Positions 45,701 through 50,777 of a stretch of 50,777 nucleotides of DNA are shown here, in pieces. Each line of letters opens with the position of its first letter. Position 1 is the stretch's first letter. The translations under genes and the position numbers were made by a program. This DNA comes from Chiloscyllium plagiosum (Eukaryota), in contig NW_025214782.1 in NCBI RefSeq assembly GCF_004010195.1, forward strand, positions 1-50,777. The letters are read 5' to 3'. The notes beneath the pieces are model-generated. The model ran no database searches, was not told the origin of the DNA, and saw only the letters and a program-made list of their open reading frames with translations.

Positions 45701-48700
45701 AGGTATGTTGGGCTGCGACAATGACTATACAGTGAGAGGTATGTCAGTAGGTGATGCTCACTGTACAGTGGGAGGTATGTCGGGAAGTCATGATTACTGT
45801 ACAGTGGGAGGTATGTCGGGCAGTGATGGTTACTGTACAGTGGGAGGTATGTCGGGCCGTGATGCTTACTGTACAGTGGGAGGGATGACGGTTTGTGATG
45901 GTTACTGAACCGTGGAAGGTATGTCGGGGTGCAATGGAAACTGTACAGTGGGAGGTATGTCGGGCCGTGATGGTTACTGTACAGTGGGAGGTATGTTGGG
46001 CTTTGACGGTTGGTGTACAGTGGGAGGTATGTCGGGACGTGATGGTTACTCTACAGTGGTATGTATGTTGAGCCGTGACAGTTACTCTGCAGTGGGAGGT
46101 ATGTCTAGACGTGATGGTTACTGTACAGAGGGAGGTATGTCGGGCCGTGATGGTTACTGTACAGTGGGAGGTAGGGCGGCCCGTGATGGTTACTGTACAG
46201 TGGGAGGGATGTCGGGCCGTGATGGTTACTGTACATTGGGAGATATGTCGGGCCGAGATGGTTACTATACAGTGGGAGGTATGTCGGGCCGTGATGGTTA
46301 CTCTACAGTGGGAGGGATGTCGGGCCGTGATAGTTACTGTACAGTGGGAGGTGTGTCGGGGTGTGATGGTTTCTATGCTTTGGGAGGTATGTCGGGCCGT
46401 GATGCTTAGTGTACAGTGGGAGGTATGTCGGGCTGTGATGATTACTGTACTGTGGGAGGTATGTCGGGCCGTGTTGGTTACTGTACAGTGGAATGTATGT
46501 TGGGCTGTGACGGTTACTGTAAAGTGGGAGGTATGTCGGGCCGTGATGGTTACTGTACAGTGGGAGGTATGTTGGGCTATGACGTTCCTGTACAGTGGGA
46601 GGTATGTCGGCCTATGACGGTTACTCTACGATGGGGGATATATCGGACCGTGATGGTTACTGTACAGTGGGAGGTATGTTGGGCTGTGACAATTACTGTA
46701 CAGTGGGAGGTATGTCGTGTCGTGACGGTAAATGTACAGTGGTAGGTATGTTAGGCTGCGATAATTACTATACAGTGAGAGGTATGTCAGGACGTGATGC
46801 TCACTGTACAGTGGAAAGTATGTCGGGAAGTGGGGATTACTGTACAGTGGGAGGTATGTCGTGCCGTGACAGCTACTGTACAGTGGCAGGCATGTCAATC
46901 CGTGACAGTTACTGTACATAGGGAGATATGCCGGGCCGTGATGGTTAATGTACAGAGGCAGGCATATCGGGCTGTGATGGTTACTGTACAGTGGGAGGTA
47001 TGTAGGACCGTGACAGTTACTGTACCGTGGGAGGTATGTCGGGCCGTGATGGTTACTGTACAGAGGGAGGCATATCGGGCCGTGATGGTTACTGTACAGT
47101 GGGAGGTATGTTGGGGCGCGACAGTTACTGTACAGTGGTAGTTATGTCATTCCGTGATGGTTACTGTACAGTGGGAGGTATATTGGGTCGTGACAGTTAC
47201 TGTGCAGTGGGAATTATGTCAGGCCGTGATGGTTACTGTACAGTGGTAGTATGTTGGGTCGTGACAGTTACTGTACACTGGGAGGAATGTCAGGCGGTGA
47301 CAGTTACTGTACAGTGGGAGGTATGTTGGGTCGTGATTGTTACTGTACAGATGGAGGCATATCAGGCCGTGATGGTTACTGTACAATGTAAGGCATGTCG
47401 GGCCGTGACGGTTACTGTACAGTGGGAGGTGAGTCGGGGCGTGATGGTTTCTGTACAGTAGGAGGTAGGTCGGGCCGTGATGGTTACTGTACAGTGGGAG
47501 GTATGTTGGGCTGTGACAGTTACTGTACATTGGGAGGTATGTCGGGCCGTGATGCTTACTGTACAATGTAAGGGATGTCGGGCCGTGACGGTTACTGTAC
47601 AGTGGGAGGTGAGTCGGGGCGTGATGGTTTCTGTACAGTAGGAGGTAAGTCAGGCCGTGATGGTTCCTGTCAAGTGGGAGGTATGTCAGGCCGTGGTGTT
47701 TACTGTACAGTGGGAGGTATGTCGGTTTGTGATGTTTACTGTACCGTGGGTGGTATGTCGCGGTGTAATGGAGACGGTACAGTGGGAGGTATGTTGGACT
47801 TTGACGGTTAGTGTACAGTGGGAGGTATGTCGGGACGTGATGGCTACTCTACAGTGGTATGTATTTTCGGCCGTGACAGTTACTCTGCAGTGGGAGGTAT
47901 GTCTGGACGTGATGGTGACTGTACAGAGGGAGGTATGTCGGGCCGTGATGGTTACTGTACAGTGGGAGGTCCGTTGGGCTATGACGTTCCTGTATAGTGG
48001 GAGGTATGTCGGGCTGTGACGGTTACTCTCCGATGTATCGGGCCGTGATGGTTACTGTACAGTGGGAGGTATGTTGGGCTGTGACAATTACTGTACAGTG
48101 GGAGGTATGTCGTGTCGTGACGGTAAATGTACAGTGGTAGGTATGTTAGGCTGCGATAATGACTATACAGTGAGAGGTATGTCAGGACGTGATGCTCACT
48201 GTACAGTGAGAGGTATGTCGGGAGTCATGATTACTGTACAGTGGGAGGTATGTCGGGCAGTGATGATTACTGTACAGTGGGAGGTATGTCGGGCCGTGAT
48301 GCTTACTGTACAGTGGGAGGGATATCGGTTTGTGATGGTTACTGTACCTTGGGAGGTATGTCGGGGTGCAATGGGTACAGTGGGAGGTAAGTCGGGCCGT
48401 GATAGTTACTGTACAGTGGGAGGTATGTTGGGCTTTGACGGTTAGTGTACAGTGGGAGGTATGTCGGGACGTCATGGTTACTCTACAGTGGTATGTATGT
48501 TGAGCCGTGACAGTTACTCTGCAGTGGGAGGTATGTCTGGACGTGATGGTTACTGTACAGAGGGAGGTATGTCGGGCCGTGATGGTTACTGTACAGTGGG
48601 AGGTATGGCGGCCCGTGATGGTTACTGTACAGTGGGAGGTATGTCTGGCCGTGATGGTTACGGTACATTGGGAGGTATGTTGGGCCGTGAAGGTTACTAT

Positions 48701-50777
48701 ACAGTGGGAGGTATGTCGGGCCGTGATGTTTACTGTACAGTGGGAGGGATGTCGGGCCGTGATAGTTACTGTACAGTGGCAGGTGTGTCGGGTGTGATGG
48801 TTTCTGTACTTTGGGAGGTATGTCGAGCCGTGATGCTTAGTGTACAGTGGGAGGTATGTCGGGCTGTGATGAATACTGTACCGTGGGAGGTATGTCAGGC
48901 CGTGTTGGTTACTGTACAGTGGAAGGGATGTTGGGCTGTGACGGTTACTGTATAGTGGGAGGTATGTCGGGCCGTGATGGTTACTGTACAGTGGGAGGTA
49001 TGTTGGGCTATGACGTTCCTGTACAGTGGGAGGTATGTCGGGCTGTGACGGTTACTCTACGATGGGGGATATATCGGGCCGTGATGGTAACTGTACAGTG
49101 GGAGGTATGTCGTGTCGTGACGGTAAATGTACAGTTGTAGGTATGTTAGGCTGCGATAATTACTATACAGTGAGAGGTATGTCAGGACGTGATGCTCACT
49201 GTACAGTGGGAGGTATGTCGGGAAGTGAGGATTACTCTACAGTGGGAGGTATGTCGTGCCGTGACAGCTGCTGTACAGTGGCAGGAATGTCAATCCGTGA
49301 CAGTTACTGTACACAGGGAGATATGCCGGGCCGTGATGGTTAATGTACAGAGGGAGGCATATCTGGCTGTGATGGTTACTGTACAGTGGGAGATATGTAG
49401 GACCGTGACAGTAACTGTACAGTGGGAGGTATGTCGGGCCGTGATGGTTACTGTACAGAGGGAGGTATGTTGGGGCGCGACAGTTACTGTACAGTGGTAG
49501 TTATGTCAGGCCGTTCTGATGACTGTACCGTGGGAGGTAAATTGGGACGTGACAGTTACTGTACAGTGGGAATTATGTCAGGCCGTGATGGTTCCTGTAC
49601 AGTGGTAGTATGTTGGGTCGTGACAGTTACTGTACACTGGGAGGAATGTCAGGCGGTGATGTTTACTGTACAGGGGGAGGTATGTTCGGTCGTGTCAGTA
49701 ACTGTACAGTGGGAGGTATGTCGGGCCGTGACAGTTACTGTACAGTGGGAGGTATGTTGGGTCGTGATTGTTACTGTACAGAGGGAGGCATATCGGGCCG
49801 TGATGGTTACTGTGCAGTGGGAGGTATGTTGGGGCGCGACAGTTACTGTACAGTGGTAGTTATGTCAGACCGTGATGGTTACTGTACAGTGGGAGGTATA
49901 TTGGGTCGTGACAGTTACTGTACACTGGGAGGAATGTCAGGCGGTGATGGTTACTGTACATGGGGAGGTATGTTCGGTCGTGTCAGTAACTGTACAGTGG
50001 GAGGTATGTCAGGCCGTGATGGTTACTGTACAGTGGTAGTATGTTGGGTCGTGACAGTTACTGTACACTGGGAGGAATGTCAGGCGGTGACAGTTACTGT
50101 ACAGTGGGAGGTATGTTGGGTCGTGATTGTTACTGTACAGAGGGAGGCATATCAGGCCGTGATGGTTACTGTACAATGTAAGGGATGTCGGGCCGTGACG
50201 GTTACTGTACAGTGGGAGGTGAGTCGGGGCGTGATGGTTTCTGTACAGTAGGAGGTAAGTCGGGCCGTGATGGTTACTGTACAGTGGGAGGTATGTTGGG
50301 CTGTGACAGTTACTGTACATTGGGAGGTATGTCGGGCCGTGATGCTTACTGTACAATGTAAGGGATGTCGGGCCGTGACGGTTCCTGTACAGTGGGAGGT
50401 GAGTCGGGGCGTGATGGTTTCTGTACAGTAGGAGGTAAGTCAGGCCGTGATGGTTACTGTCAAGTGGGAGGTATGTCAGGCCGTGGTGTTTACTGTACAG
50501 TGGGAGGTATGTCGGTTTGTGATGTTTACTGTACCGTGGGTGGTGTGTCGCGGTGTAATGGAGACGGTACAGTGGGAGGTATGTTGGATTTTGACGGTTA
50601 GTGTACAGTGGGAGGTATGTCTGGATGTGATGGTTACTGTACAGAGCGAGGTATGTCGGGCCGTGATGGTTACTGTACAGTGGGAGTTCTGTTGGGCTAT
50701 GACGTTCCTGTATAGTGGGAGGTATGTCTGGACGTGATGGTTTGGTACAGAGGGAGGTATGTCGGGCCGTGATGGTT
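30766..50777 (+). repeat. 36-bp-monomer satellite array, ~20 kb (~550 monomers), running off the window end
   Basis: Consensus GTGGGAGGTATGTCGGGCCGTGATGGTTACTGTACA. Diverged monomers, kb-scale internal duplications, and 12-aa periodic translations in four of six frames. Confidence 0.98.
32754..32974. other. Assembly gap (221 N)
   Basis: Run of N inside the 36-bp array. Confidence 0.99.

Noticed and set aside
30845..50737. Well over a hundred ORFs (up to 716 aa) with 12-aa periodicity
   Set aside because: They are translations of a 36-bp satellite that is stop-free in four frames. They overlap on both strands, switch register at indels, and some span an N gap.

Overview
Eukaryotic, repeat-dominated DNA, most likely from a cartilaginous fish (shark). 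This is inferred from shark-type CR1 LINEs, HE1/V-type tRNA SINEs, Penelope-like elements and Harbinger Myb relics. No intact host protein-coding gene is visible. About 27 kb is satellite: a 34-bp-monomer array with a 242-bp higher-order repeat (6.9-13.9 kb) and a 36-bp-monomer array (30.8 kb to the window end, with a 221-N gap). The long ORFs in the 36-bp array are artefacts of a stop-free monomer whose length is divisible by 3. The rest is nested, decayed transposons and old degenerate ~36-bp minisatellite patches. Highlights: (1) an apparent decayed DOUBLE homeobox of DUX/mxtx-like PRD class on the minus strand at ~25.04-25.52 kb, missed by the ORF track; (2) evidence that the satellites descend from a 36-nt piece of L2 LINE coding sequence; (3) a Penelope element with inverted arms, a target-site duplication and hammerhead ribozyme motifs; (4) ~27 seemingly identical 242-bp units that may be an assembly artefact. 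All alignments were made by eye and boundaries of old elements are approximate.
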